From: Rhodosorus marinus CCMP1338
Taxonomy: Eukaryota > Plantae > Rhodophyta
Direction: 5' to 3'
DNA length: 64,000 bases
Assembly: GCA_029953675.1 (NCBI GenBank)
Contig: JAMWBK010000007.1
Location: forward strand, 1,240,001-1,304,000
Position 1 is the stretch's first letter; each line of letters starts with the position of its first letter. The notes below the pieces were generated by a model that saw only the letters and a program-made list of their open reading frames with translations, did not search any database and had not been told where the DNA came from. Shown one piece after another: positions 37,140-50,097 of the stretch. Position numbers and translations under genes: made by a program.

Positions 37140-40100
37140 GATTGATGGATTTATTAGCATAGCCTGAACCGCTACGCTGGGAGTGAAATGGAACTAGAGA
37201 CTAGGGGCAAAAGCGTGTAAACCCAGGCGGCGATGGCGCGCCTCGGCGAGCATGCTGTTAGAATGTCGCCACAGAGCGACGCTTAACCGTGAAAAGGAAC
37301 TAAGAACTAGGTAGGGAAGCGTGCAAACCCAGGTGCCGATGGCGCGCCTCGGCAAGCATGCTGCTCGAATATCGCAACAGAGAGACACTTAAACGCCGCA
37401 AAAATTCCAAGTATTCAACAGGATGCTCAGTGAAACATTTCCGCAACCACTCCAAACCCGCCTTCTTCACGTGACCAAAGCTTTTCCACAATGAAAGGCT
37501 GGAACCGGTGGGAGCGACCCTCAGCGCGAGGCAGGCTGGCCATACTCTCAGCATACCGTCGTTCCTTCACGCGGCGAAGGGCCGAAGCAGCTGCTCCCCG
37601 GCGGCGGGCGTCAGCCGTGAGATGGGCGCTTGCCACAGGGCATGTAATCGCGAAGTCAACATATGCTGAGCGTCTGGCGGCAGCACCGGAGACGAGGAGA
37701 TCTGCGATACAGCGAGGCGGTGCCCTATCCGAGACCGATCTGGGTAGTTCCTATTCCACCTCAACCGTATGCCCTACCCGAGTCAAACATTCGCTGAGAA
37801 TGTACTTGAAGCGAGTGTGACGCCTCGTACGAAGACCTCGCAACAGTCCACATGAACCTAAGAAATGGTATCCACAAGCACCGATCCGACTCTCACATCC
37901 CTGATAGAAAGACGGCCGATTAGAGTGCCACGGAGCTTGTGGCAAACCCAGGTAAATCCGTGCGGCAGAGCGAAACTGGAAGGCATCCAGACGGTGACCA
38001 AGTGATGACGGGAAGGGTCGTTAACCACAAACGTGATAAATGGCCTCCCATGCCGCGGAGGCGAGCGGCGGTGGTAGGCGGTGTGAGGGGAGATTTGAGC
38101 AAGATTGCGTGAGCGGCACTGTGTTGGCCCCAGGTGAGGCTATGATGAATCACATCAGTGCGCGAGCTCCACATCGGCTCAGACCCGGGTAATCGGCAAC
38201 CGGTGACCCGGGGCTAGCTCCCATCTCGTCGGCAAGTACTCTGTCGATGGGAGAGTCCTCGAGCGCCACAGTTCGTCCCCATAACACTTCCTTCCAGGAG
38301 CGAAATCTAGATCGGCTCTCGTCCGGCACGGCGTTGCACTTACTGAACGCCTGTTAGAGCGCATCATAGATGCTCAAAAGCGGTGGCGGAAGGATCACGG
38401 GGTCTTCCCTAGTCAGTGCTCTAGCCAAAAGGCAAGCACTTCGCATCCGAAAACTCACCAAGGTGCGAAGCGCGGTAGCCCAGGAGGCGACCGCCGCAGC
38501 CGAGCATACGAGTCCACGGTCGGCCACTCCAAATCCGCCTAATCGTAAGGTGGGGCAATCTGGCCACGAATTAGGTCCCTGTCAGGAGCCGCTTCCACAT
38601 CCAGGGGTTCATCCAAGAGCGTTCCCCAGTGCTTCAGCGTCACCTCGTCCCCTTTGGCTGCCATCCACGGGCCGCAGTGCGGTGGAAGGCTTCGCAGCCA
38701 GTAATTCAGTCGGGGGCCGGCACAGAGCAGGCAAACCGATTGGAGCATGCTGTCCGGTAGGCGCTCAATGGCGTGGGTGAGCTGCTTATGGCTTGCTAAA
38801 ACTCGTTCGCAAGAGTCTTGGACAAAGTTGTCACTCCCCAAACCGACGCCATGGTGCTCGAGCCCGCACGTACACCAAAGGCTCGGAGACTAGGTGACAG
38901 GGAGCCCCTCGAAACTTCACGCGGGCCGAGAAAACGGCATTTTTCGGGCTCCACGGTTAGACCTACTCCACGTGCGATTGCTTCGATCTGGGTCAATCCC
39001 CGAGCCAAGTTCTCAGGGATGCCCAGCAACGTCACGTCGTCATGGTATGCACAGATGCAAAGCTTCGGCGCCTCAGCCACCAGTCGCTGGAGCACGAGCT
39101 GCAAGGCACAGGCGTGAAGTACAGGCCCACAAGGATCACCCTGTTGAACGCCAGTACTTGCTGCAAAAACAGAACCCTGCGTTGTCAAATAAGGGAGGCT
39201 CCCCCCTCCGTAAATACCGGATAGGAACGGCCACGCCTCCGTGAATACCCTTCGAATCACCTCCAAAGCATGCGTCCGCGAGACGCTGTTGAACGCGCTA
39301 CGGAAGGCAACCACCAAAACGCCCCAATCCGGCCTACTGGCTCGCTCGAGCTCGATCGCATGAGTGATCAGTTCGCAACTCCTGGAAAATCCCACCCCTA
39401 CCTGCCAAGTCGCCATAAAGGCGGTGACTCGCTGGCGTAGGCGCTGGCATAGCCACCTCCCGGCGAGCTTCCGTAGACTCTCGACCATGCCGATCGGCCG
39501 GAGACGCGGGTGAGCCGTCTCGTGGTCGGGTTTCGTTAGCAAGCAAAGCTGTGCCCGTCGCAGATGGTCCCAAGGGGCAGACGCACCCCCGGCACCCTGG
39601 AACAGCGTATTCAGGATCTTCACCAGTGCGCTCTGGCCAGGTTTGCTCAAGGCCTGCATTAATAATTCCGTTCGTAGCCCAGAGTGTCCAGGGCAGCGTC
39701 CGCGCCGGGAGGTCCGGAGCAAATCCTCCAGATCAGACTCACGGAGCGTCCAGTCGATGCGGAACCTGGCCAACTCTGGACGGTCTAAAAATGCCTCGAA
39801 TTCGGGCAGCAAGTCCACACCGGACGAGGGGAACATCGCCGACACAGTCTGGTCGAGGCTCTCGTCGATGGGGGAGGACAGGCACCTGGCCCTCCAAGTC
39901 CCGTGCCGCTCGACTCAGGTCGCCAACCTCCGCCAATTTCTGCACTCGAGTCGTCCTAGGCGAGGCTGTCCCGGCACGAGTCCTCCGGCCGGATGCCTCG
40001 GATGAGGCCAAGTAGCTCTGCTGCAACACCTCAAATTCCACCTTCAGGAACATGGCCAGTCGTTATCGGACGCGCCATCTGCGCTCCGATGTGTGAGTGG

Positions 40101-41990
40101 GTGCCAGAATCAGGCGAGGCATGACCCTCCAAAATTCCCACATAGCGACGTCCCGTTGATTACGCGCCAGACTCTGGAAAATAAAATCCAGGATTGTCCC
40201 AGCCATGGAGAGCTCTGCCCGAGGGAGGACAAGAGGCGGAATCCTTCCCCGGAGAGGTAGGGAGCCTGCTTCCAAAGAAATCCATCGCAGGTCCATTGGC
40301 TGCGACCTCGCAGCCGTGCCCGGGGAGCTAATCGTGCTTCTCCCCCTTAGACCCGGGGGAGTCGGTCCTCGCGCGCTTGCCTCCTAACCTCACCAAACTG
40401 GTCAACCGGCCACTCCGCGAGGCTCGCGGGATGGCTCCCCGGGATTCAACAAAGTATTAGGGGCTTTCTCGACCGACATGCCCTCCGGCTCCCCTCCTCG
40501 CCACTCGCACTGGAAGTGGTGCTTGGAGCGAAGCCCTCTAATACTCCCAAACTCCGTAGCTCTGCCTTGTGACTTGAGGTCAGCACAAGGTGCCTCTCCC
40601 GGTCTAAAAAGGTAGAGGCGGCAGCGCGCAGATGGCGTGGACCCGACGCAAAACGCTCCAAAAGTATCCGCTCCATGCATGAATGCGAAGACAATGGATG
40701 GGTGCAGCTTTCACACTGGTCTCGTGCTCAGATAGCCCTGCTGTTTCTCCGGCAGAGAGGAAAGTGCCCGAAAAACGGTCGAACCCGAAATGCAATACGA
40801 CCTGGGGTTGAGAACGCAGCCAGCGGGCGTTCTCAGGCCACTGCTCGTTAGGCTTCTCCAGAAGGGCCTGCAGGTACGTGGCCGCGGTTGCAGTTACCAC
40901 GAAGAGGACATCGCGACCCTCTTAATTTGCTAAGATGAAGCCTTCGCGGCTACACCCCAAAGGTTCCGCAAAAGTATCCAGAAAATCTCGTATGGACGGG
41001 ACCTGGCCCCGTGTAGTCAGGGGGGACGTTGCCCACCCAGAGGAATTGCAAAGTAGTCGCCGGAGGTCCGCCCTGCTGCTCGCGAGAGGGCAGAAATCTT
41101 AGCATAGCCGCCGTCCGTGCGGGTGTGGTACCTTTCCGCAAAAACTGAGACGTAAGACGGTGCCCCCTTGGGACCACCGCGTGCCCCCGCCTTGGCCTGG
41201 AACTGTCGCACACCTGAGGGCTGGCCCAGGACGGGAAAGTCCGCTCCAACTGAGGGAACATTCGAAGGATTAGGCAGCTCTGCACACCTCTCCGAAGAGG
41301 CGCCAGGCGCGGAACCACCCTTGTCACCTCCAGATCCAGGAGCTGCGCTCGCCTGTCCCGGGACAGGTTGTTGATTGACCTGGGGAAGTTGACTGTCTTC
41401 CGCCAACTTGGCCACCCGGTTGGAATTCAAATTATCACCCGAATTTGAATTTTGCCTCGCCAGGAGACCCGATTCCAGCCCCCCTAGCTTCTGGGTGAGC
41501 TGAGGAATGACACCTCGACCGCCCGCGGTCGTAATCAGGCTTGTTACAGCAGAGAGCAGGGCACGCACTTGCGTACCAGAGGCGCCCTGTAACTCCACCT
41601 GCGTGGAGAAAGGGCCCGCGCGAAGAGACACTCTGTGTCCACCCTCAGTAGACACCTCCGCCCGTGGGATCTCCGGACCCTCAGGAGTGGAGCGCGGAGG
41701 GACCCCGGCCATCACGGAAGAATGTGTTGAACAGGAGTTTCACGAAGGAACCCGACCAAAAAAAAACACCGCACAAACCAGCGCCTCAGACAGAAAACCC
41801 GGATCGAACACGCCCAAAGGGGGAGAATCCCCGACAACCAACCACGAAACCCGAAAAAGCGGGGGAAAAGACAGCGAGAGGATGCGCCTGTAACGACTAA
41901 CACTCTCGGACCCGAACACGACTCCAACCGCAACCGTAAACCAACTCAAACCCCAAAGAAAACGAAAAACTACGTTTATTCAGAGATATT
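37140..41990 (-). mobile_element. Family A RLE non-LTR retrotransposon, full-length but frameshifted (copy A2)
   Basis: ORF1 pieces 41017-41715 and 40402-41327. ORF2 pieces with GRCPGHSGLR, RPIGMVE, GVQQGDPCGP, YHDD, PRLNYWLRSLPP, CCHC and RLE motifs. Colinear with 54066-58740. Confidence 0.93.
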
Positions 41991-41999
41991 TGCCTTAAC

Positions 42000-42480
42000 T
42001 GGGCTTTACTTTATTAGCATACTAGTGGCTTTACTGGCTCTATTAGCAGTGGCTTTACTAGCATAGCCTGAAGCGCTACGCAAGGCGTGAAAAGGAACTA
42101 AGAACTAGGGAGGGAAGTGTGCAAACCCAGGCGCCGATGGCGCGCCTCGGCAAGGATGCTGCTAGAATATCGCCACAGGGTGGCACTCAAACGCCGTAAA
42201 AGCACCAAGTACTGAGTAGGATGCTCAGCGAAACATTTCCGCAACCACTCTAAACCCGACTTATCCACATGACCAAAGCTTTCCACAATGAAAGGCTGGA
42301 ACCGGTGGGAGCGACCCTCGGCGTAGTAGTAGACTGGCCATGCTCTCAGCATACCGTCGTTCCTTCACTCGTCGAAGAGCCGAAGCGGCTGCCCCTCGGC
42401 GGCGGGCGGCAGCCGTGAGGTGGGCGCTCGCCATAGGGCATGTAATCGCGAGGTCAACATATGCTGAGCGTCGGGCGGCA
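42000..42480 (-). mobile_element. Family A 3' fragment with repeated tail, directly upstream of A2 in the same orientation
   Basis: RLE C-terminus FQPFIVESFG...LHTSLPSS*, then tail GCTAGTAAAGCCACTGCTAATAGAGCCAGTAAAGCCACT... Confidence 0.9.
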
Positions 42481-42599
42481 ACTTGGCAAACCCCTGGAGA
42501 CAATCTATCTGGGACACTCTGTTTAGGAATAACTTCGAGCAGGTTTTTACTCAGACGCACGTGTTTGTTCCAAAGATTTTTCTTGGGGACAACCCATGT

Positions 42600-44475
42600 T
42601 CATACGTCTTTGTTTTTCCCCTCCGGATTTTTCTTCGGTCTCCGATTAAACCAGTTCCCTCATACGGCACAGCAAGAAACTTAATCACGTAAACAACGAG
42701 GAAGAGGGTCAGGGCGTCCGGGCATACTGCCCGGACGCCCTGACACACTTGCCTCTGTGCTTTCCTAAATGTTGCTGGAAAGAGGGTTCTTGGGGCTAAA
42801 TGAATGGGTTGTTATTCCAGTCCGTTAAAAATGTCCGATTGCGTCAGATGAATATCGGACCTGTATTTAGTAATAATAGGGTGTAGTTTCTGTGGAGTCC
42901 CGTCCGATATGAGTTTATCAGACCTGAATAGGAAAGAGAAAATAGGCTTAGTCCTATAAATAGTCCGATAACGACCGATTGCGTCCAATATTTTTCAATG
43001 AGTTTTTCATCTTTTTCGGTGCAGTGGTCGTTTGCCAACTTGACTAAGGTACGCGAGGTTATGAGTACTCTTACGGTGGAATCCGAAAGGATTTTTTGCT
43101 TCCTCAACCAATCCCATGACAGCCTGTCCACTTCAAAAATAATCCGGTAGAACTCTTCGAACTAGTGGACACTAAAACATTGACGTCTTACACTAAAATA
43201 GGTGCCTGACGCTAAAACATAGACAGATTACACAGTTATCAGGGGAGGTTCTCGCATAATCATGATTCATTGCATAATAATGGCAGTTTGTTTTTTTTTG
43301 TCATGGCGAGAAGTTATCATGATCCATGATATGCGGAGTGAGGGAGCTTATCCCTCTAAGAAGTAATCATAATTCAATGCCTGGACAGAGATGATTGATT
43401 TTTAGGCTAACGTTGATTGAACATTGGACGATTTATCGTCATCCATATAGCGGCGCGTAAAAACCGGAGCACACGATTTCTGAACTTGCTCCGCCTTCGG
43501 GTGGAAGGGCAATCGGACCTGTTTTTGGGAATATTTTTTTTAATCAGATAGCCGTAAATGTATACTGATTTTCAATATGCTATGCACTTCGGAAATTTAT
43601 TGGACCGTCAGATAGAGGGCATGTTATCAGATGGCCTATCTGTCATAGTCTGGGGTTGTCCACCGCGGGTGGAGGCTATTTTTGGATACGTTCTAGATGA
43701 GACACCGAAGGGTGTCTTCAGCGGAATTATGCTTGGAATACGGCTATGGAAACGAGGACTAGCTTCTATGCTTAAGTCGGAGTTGCACCTTCTAGTAGAA
43801 GGGTGGCTGGAAGTAAAAGGTGGGGGCCTTATTAACGTGAAATGAGCTAGCACAAATTCATTCACTATAAAAGAGAAGTCGAGGAAAAATCTCTGGTCTA
43901 GAGCGGCAGTCTGGGAACGGCTCGGGATGGAGAGAGATTCCTGACAGCTTCTCATACTATCATAAACATTTCTGTTTTTCAATCTCCGAGTATTGGACAT
44001 TTCCTGTAGACGAGAATTCTAGGAGACATCCCTTGCAGATTCTTCTAGGCAAAATGCATGGTTCTAGATCAGCAACTTAACGACGACTCGGGTGTACGGA
44101 GATAGCGCTAACTCGCGTCAGGCTAAAAGTGTTTGCCGGCTGCGGGGGAGCGCCGTGGATTTGCCCCTGCCACTTTGAGACTTCGCAAAGAAATGAAATA
44201 TCCCGGGGGTTTGCCTTCCCCAGGAATTCGCGCTTCCACTTAGCTCATCTCGTGGTACCTCAGGTCATTGGTTGTTTGGGTTTATGGATTCCGTTGATTC
44301 GCGTTGGCTTCGAGAGTTGTTCCCCGAACGCCCTGACCGTCTCTTCTCGTCTTTACCCTTCAAAACTTCCTTCTGTGGCGTATGAACGCTGCTTTGATGT
44401 TGTAGGGGCGCGATCTTCGCCGCGCGTAGTCTTCTTTTTCCCTCTGGTGTTTTTTTCAATCTCTGAACACTCGTT
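42600..44475. mobile_element. Family B 3' fragments with intervening unassigned AT-rich relic DNA
   Basis: 42600-42657 (+), 42660-42724 (-, with fold-back hairpin to 42744), 44130-44470 (+). Confidence 0.75.
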
Positions 44476-44659
44476 CACTTGACCGTGTGTCTGACACTAC
44501 TATAGAATTTGTTCAGTATGTGAATGAGCGCATTTATTCACGATAAAAGAGAATTCTAGGAGCAAACCCTGGTTCTAAAGCGGCAGCTTTGGGACGGCTC
44601 GGGATGGAGAATGACCCCCTGGTTTTTGGTGACTGACAGTGGGACCGGAGGTAGATATG

Positions 44660-47130
44660 AGAAAACAGATTCCAACGTAGAATCCTGCCGTTGAGAACTC
44701 ACGTGATCCGTCCACGTCTATAGCTGCTTGTCCGGATTAAGTTTTGCTCTTTCCTGTGCTGTGTCGGATGTTTGGAACTGCGCAGATCCTCAGGCTCGTT
44801 GGTTGCTTACTACAAAAGCATCACGATAGTTAGGCCCCGAAAAGCGCTAGAGAAAGGAGTTTTTGCTTGCGAAAGCAACCACCACACGCTCTTGATGGTA
44901 GCTTTTTCCCCCTCGAATCATTTTTGTGAAGTCGCTCGCTAAACCGTGTTTCACTGACCGTCCTGCTCGATATCTGGTACTCCCGCGCCGATCGAGTGTC
45001 TCCCTCTCGCGATAGGCTAGCCTGAAGCGCTATACGCAGGGTGTGAAAACCAACTAGTTCCTGACGGGTCCTTGTTTGATTATCTAGAAAGCGCTATGGT
45101 AAGCAACTGTAAGGCAGTGTGGGGCATTTCTTTTCCACAGAAGCGCAGTTACCAGGAGATCTGCGAAGCAAGGGGGGCGGGTGGCGAAATGACAGAGGCT
45201 GGTCGGGGTTAGTGGTTTGCCACCGAAACATCGCGATAGTTAGTCCACGAAGAGCGGGAGAGAATGCTTGTTTTGCTTGGAAAATCATCAACCACCACCC
45301 ACTCTTGATGTCATAGTTTTTCCCTCGAAAATGAGAAGCAGATTCCAAAGTAGAATTCTGCTGCTGAGAACTCACGCAAGCCGTCCGCGTCTATGGCTAC
45401 TTGTCGGATTATGTTCCGCTCTGTCCTGTGGTGTGTCGGATGTTTGGAACTACGCAGATCTTCAGGATCGTTGGTTGCTTACTACAAAAGCATCATGATA
45501 GTTAGGCCGCGAAAAGCGCGAGAGAACAGAGGTTTTGCTTGCGAAAGCAACCACCTCACGCTCTTGATGGTGCCTCTTACCCGTCGAATCATTTTTGTGG
45601 AGTCGCTCGCTAAACCGTGTTTTACTGACCATCCTGATCGCTATCTGGTACGCCCACGCTGATCGAGTGTCGCCCTCTCGCGATAGGCTAGCCTGAAGCG
45701 CTACGCAGGGCGTAAAAAAAACTAGGAACTAACTGCCGCTAGCAGCGTGATTGCAGAGGTGCGCAACCACCGCCTGCACTGCCCGCGTTTCTCCCTAGTT
45801 TCTGATGGGTCCTTGTTTGATTGTTTGGAAAGCGCTACCGAAAGCAACTGTAAGGCATTGTGGGGCATTTCTCTTCCACCGACGCGTCGGATACCAGGAG
45901 ATCTGCGAAGCAAGGGGGGGGGAGGCGAGATGACAGAGGCTGGTCGGGGTTAGTGATTTGCCACCGAAACATCACGATAGTTAGTCCACGAAAAGCGGGA
46001 GAGAACGCTTGTTTTGCTTGGTAAATCAACAACCACCACCCACTCTTGATGGTAGACTTTTTTCCTTCGAAAATGAGAAGCAGATTCCAAAGTAGAATTC
46101 TGCTGCTGAGAACTCACGCAAGCCGTCCGCGTCCTTAGCTGCTTGCCGGATTAAGTTCCACTCTGTCCTGTGCTGTGTCGGATGTTTGGAACCACGCAGA
46201 TCCTCAGGATCGTTGGTTGCTTAATACGAAAGCATCATGATAGTTAGGCCGCGAAAAGCGTGAGAGGACGGAGGTTTTGCTTGCGAAAGTAACTACCACC
46301 CACTCTTGATGGTACTTTTTGCCCCTCGAATCGTTTTTGTGGAGTCGCTCGCTATACCGTGTTTTACTGACCATCCTGCTCGGTATCTGGTACGCCCACG
46401 CCGATCAAGTTTCGCCCTCTCGCGGTAGGCTAGCCTGAAGCGCTGCGCAGGGCGTAAAAACCAACTAGGATTATTAGCATAGCCTACAGCGCTACGCAAA
46501 CCGTGAAAAGGAACTAGAAACTAACTGCCGCTAGCAGCGTGATTGCAGAGGTGCGCGACCACCGCCTGCACTGCCCGCACTTCTCACTAGTTCCTGGGGG
46601 TCCTTGTTTGATTGTCTAGAAAGCGCTACCGTAAGCAACTGCAAGGCATTGTGGGGCATTTCTCTTCCACCGAAGCGTCAGATACCAGGAGATCTGCGAA
46701 GCAAGGGGGCCAACAGAGGCTGGTCGAGGTTAGTGGTTTGCTACCGAAACATCACGATAGTTAGTCCACGAAAAGCGGAGAGAACGGTTTTTTGCTTGCA
46801 GAATCAACAACCACCACCCGCTCTACCATCAAGTCGAGCTTTTCCCTCGACTTGTTTTCAAGTAGTCGCCGACTAAACCGTATTTTCCTGACCGTCCTGC
46901 TCAATATCTGCTGCGCCGACGCCGTTTAAGTGTAGCGATTTGGCGATGCTAGCCCAAAGCGCTATGTAGGGCCTAAGATGTAAGAACTAATTGCTGCTAG
47001 CAGAGTGCTCGCAGGGGCGCACCACCGCTCCCTGGGCTTGCCCGCGTTTCTCCCTAGTTCCTCAGGGGCCCTTGTTTGAATGTTTGGAAAGCTGCGGTAA
47101 GCAGCTGGAAGGAATGGCGGCGCGCGCATT
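44660..47130. repeat. Tandem satellite of ~670-740-bp units built from family A-like 3' ends
   Basis: AGATTCCAA(C/A)GTAGAAT recurs at 44667, 45340 and 46082. Each unit carries A-type GCCTGAAGCGCTAC..GGCGT.AAAA..AACTAG, an antisense FADLLVSDA RLE remnant, and an internal sub-repeat twice. Confidence 0.85.
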
Positions 47131-47269
47131 CCCTCTTCCAATGAAGTAGAGGTTTGTCATCGATGCGCGGCAATGATCCCTTTATAAGGACGATAAAGTA
47201 AAATCGACTACCCTTCCGCACTGGGGGAAAGAGACATGCGAACAGTAAAGTGTCCAGAGCAAACTCTGC

Positions 47270-49740
47270 ATGTGCAAGTTTAAAGTCAGGGAAATGGAGC
47301 TAGTTAGACGAACTTTAGTGGCCTTGTTGCCGTTCGTGGCATGCACGGTTGTTGCTGGAGCAGTGGCTGGCGCAGCGGCTGAGATTGCGGTGGTTGGTGG
47401 GATGATACCAACTGTGGCTCCGGTAGCAGCGGCTGGAGCGGGGGCCCGAGTGGCGCTATCAACTGTACCACCAGCAGTTGGGGGGACATCACCAACTGAC
47501 GCGGCGGCGGTTGGGGGGACATTACCAACTGACGCTGCGGCGGTTGGGGGGACATTACCAACTGACGCTGCGGCGGTTGGGGGGAAATTACCAACTGACG
47601 CTGCGGCGGTTGGGGGGACATTACCAACTGACGCTGCGGCGGTTGGGGGGACATTACCAACTGACGCTGCGGCGGTTGGGGGGACATTACCAACTGACGC
47701 TGCGGCGGTTGGGGGGACATTACCAACTGACGCTGCGGCGGTTGGGGGGACATTACCAACTGACGCTGCGGCGGTTGGGGGGACATTACCAACTGATGCT
47801 GCGGCGGTTGGGGGGACATTACCAACTGACGCTGCGGCGGTTGGGGGGACATTACCAACTGATGCTGCGGCGGTTGGGGGACATTACCAACTGATGCTGC
47901 GGCGGTTGGGGGGACATTACCAACTGATGCTGCGGCGGTTGGGGGGACATTACCAACTGATGCTGCGGCGGTTGGGGGGACATTACCAACTGATGCTGCG
48001 GCGGTTGGGGGGACATTACCAACTGATGCTGCGGCGGTTGGGGGGACATTACCAACTGATGCTGCGGCGGTTGGCGGAACATTACCAACTGACGCTGCTG
48101 CGGTTGGTGGAACATTACCAACTGACGCTGCTGCGGTTGGTGGGACATTACCAACTGACGCTGCTGCGGTTGGTGGGATCCTACCAACTGACGCTGTGGC
48201 GACGACGGCGGGGGCAGTAGCTCGGGCGGCAGTTGGGTCAGCGGCTGGAGCTGCGCTACCCACTGTACCACCAGCACTTGGGACATTACCAACTGACGCT
48301 GCCGCGGTTGGTGGGACATTACCAACTGACGCTGCTGCGGTTGGTGGGACACTACCAACTGACGCTGCTGCGGTGGATGGGACATTACCAACTGACGCTG
48401 CTGCGGTGGATGGGACATTACCAACTGACGCTGCTGCGGTGGATGGGACATTACCAACTGACGCTGCTACGGTTGGTGGGACATTACCAACTGACGCTGC
48501 TGCGGTTGGTGGGACATTACCAACTGACGCTGCTGCGGTTGGTGGGACATTACCAACTGACGCTGCTGCGGTTGGTGGGACATTACCAACTGACGCTGCT
48601 GCGGTTGGTGGGACATTACCAACTGACGCTGCTGCGGTTGGTGGGACATTACCAACTGACGCTGCTGCGGTTGGTGGGACATTACCAACTGACGCGCCTG
48701 GAGTTGGTGGAACATTACCAACTGATGCTGCTGCGGTTGGTGGGACATTACCAACTGATGCTTCTGCTGTTGGTGGGACATTACCAACTGATGCTGCTGC
48801 GGTTGGTGGGACATTACCAACTGGCGCTGCTGCGGTTGGTGGGACATTACCAACTGATGCTTCTGCGGTTCGTGGGACATTACCAACTGATGCTGCTGCG
48901 GTTGGTGGGATCCTACCAACTGACGCTGTGGCGACGACGGCGGGGGCAGTAGCTCGGGCGGCAGTTGGATCAGCGGCTGGAGCTGCGCTACCCACTGTAC
49001 CACCAGCACTTGGGACATTACCAATTGACGCTGCTGCAGTAGGTGGGACATTACCAACTGACGCTGCTGCAGTTGGTGGGACATTACCAACTGACGCTGC
49101 TGCGGTTGGTGGGACATTACCAACTGATGCTGCTGTAGTTGGTGGGACATTACCAACTGACGCTGCTGCGGTTGGTGGGACACTACCAACTGACGCTGCT
49201 GCGGTTGATGGGGCATTACCAACTGACGCTGCTGCGGTTGGTGGGACATTACCAACTGGCGCTGCGGCGGTTGGTGGGACATTACCAACTGGCGCTGCGG
49301 CGGTTGGTGGGACATAACCAACTGACGCTGCTGCAGTTGATGGAACATAACCAACTGACGCTGCTGCAGTTGATGGGACATTACCAACTAATGCTGCTGC
49401 AGTTGGTGTGATCCTACCAAATGACGCTGTGGCAACAGCGGGGGCAGTAGTTCGGGCAGCAGCTGGGTCAGCTGCTTGAGCGGCGCTAGCAACTGTACCA
49501 CCCGCACTTGTGGGGACATTACCAGCCGAGATTGCGGCGGTTAGTGGAATGATACCAGTTGAGGCTTGGGCGGCCGAGAGGGATACTAACAGCTGAGACT
49601 GCGGCGGCCGAGAGGGATACTAACAGCTGAGACTGCGGAGGCCGAGAGGGACACTAGCAGCTGAGACTGCGGCGCCGACGGCAGTAGCTCGGGCAGTGGG
49701 TGGGTCAGCGGCTAGAGCGGCGGCTTGAGCGACCATCTTT
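47270..49740 (-). repeat. 33-bp coding tandem repeat, mucin-like (PPTAAASVGNV)n; gene or pseudogene
   Basis: Unit GGTGGGACATTACCAACTGACGCTGCTGCGGTT repeated dozens of times. Plus-frame stops (TAA near 49317 and 49348, TGA near 49478) are sense codons on minus. One G-run frameshift near 47880. Higher-order block repeated at ~48200 and ~48930. Confidence 0.85.
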
Positions 49741-50097
49741 ACAACCCGGAAATGGGGACACTACCAGCTGACACTGCGGCGGCTTATTTCTATTCATAGG
49801 TGTTTCTGTTGATTATCAAAATGAATAGATTTACTAGCATAGCATGAAGGAGCCATACACTCAAAATTTTACTTTGAACAATTTATTGCTGAAATAAATC
49901 GTACTATGGGATGGATGGATTTACCAACATAGTCGCTGAGCGATACTTAAACGGCATAGGAGTCCCAGGTACTCTGGGAAGGTCAGTCTAGGGTACGTTA
50001 GTCTGGGGGAAAAAGGATACAGTAACGGTAGTCTGGGCTAAATGAGTTTTCTGGACAGACAAGGTCACAGAGTTTACTGGAGAGAACGTACGAATCA

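Noticed and set aside
35298-42748. Numerous short overlapping ORFs (e.g. MKGWNRWERPSARG..., MASAHLTA...)
   Set aside because: These are alternative or antisense frames of GC-rich retrotransposon sequence, repeated only because the element is repeated.
47460-49400. 33-bp repeats as a CRISPR array
   Set aside because: Units are directly adjacent with no unique spacers, keep a reading frame, and there are no cas genes in a eukaryotic context.
47270-49411. Plus-strand ORFs (GGTLPTDAAAV)n and the HYQLTLLRL/QQRQLVMS frames as genes
   Set aside because: These are by-products of a stop-poor repeat; variant units introduce stops on the plus strand.
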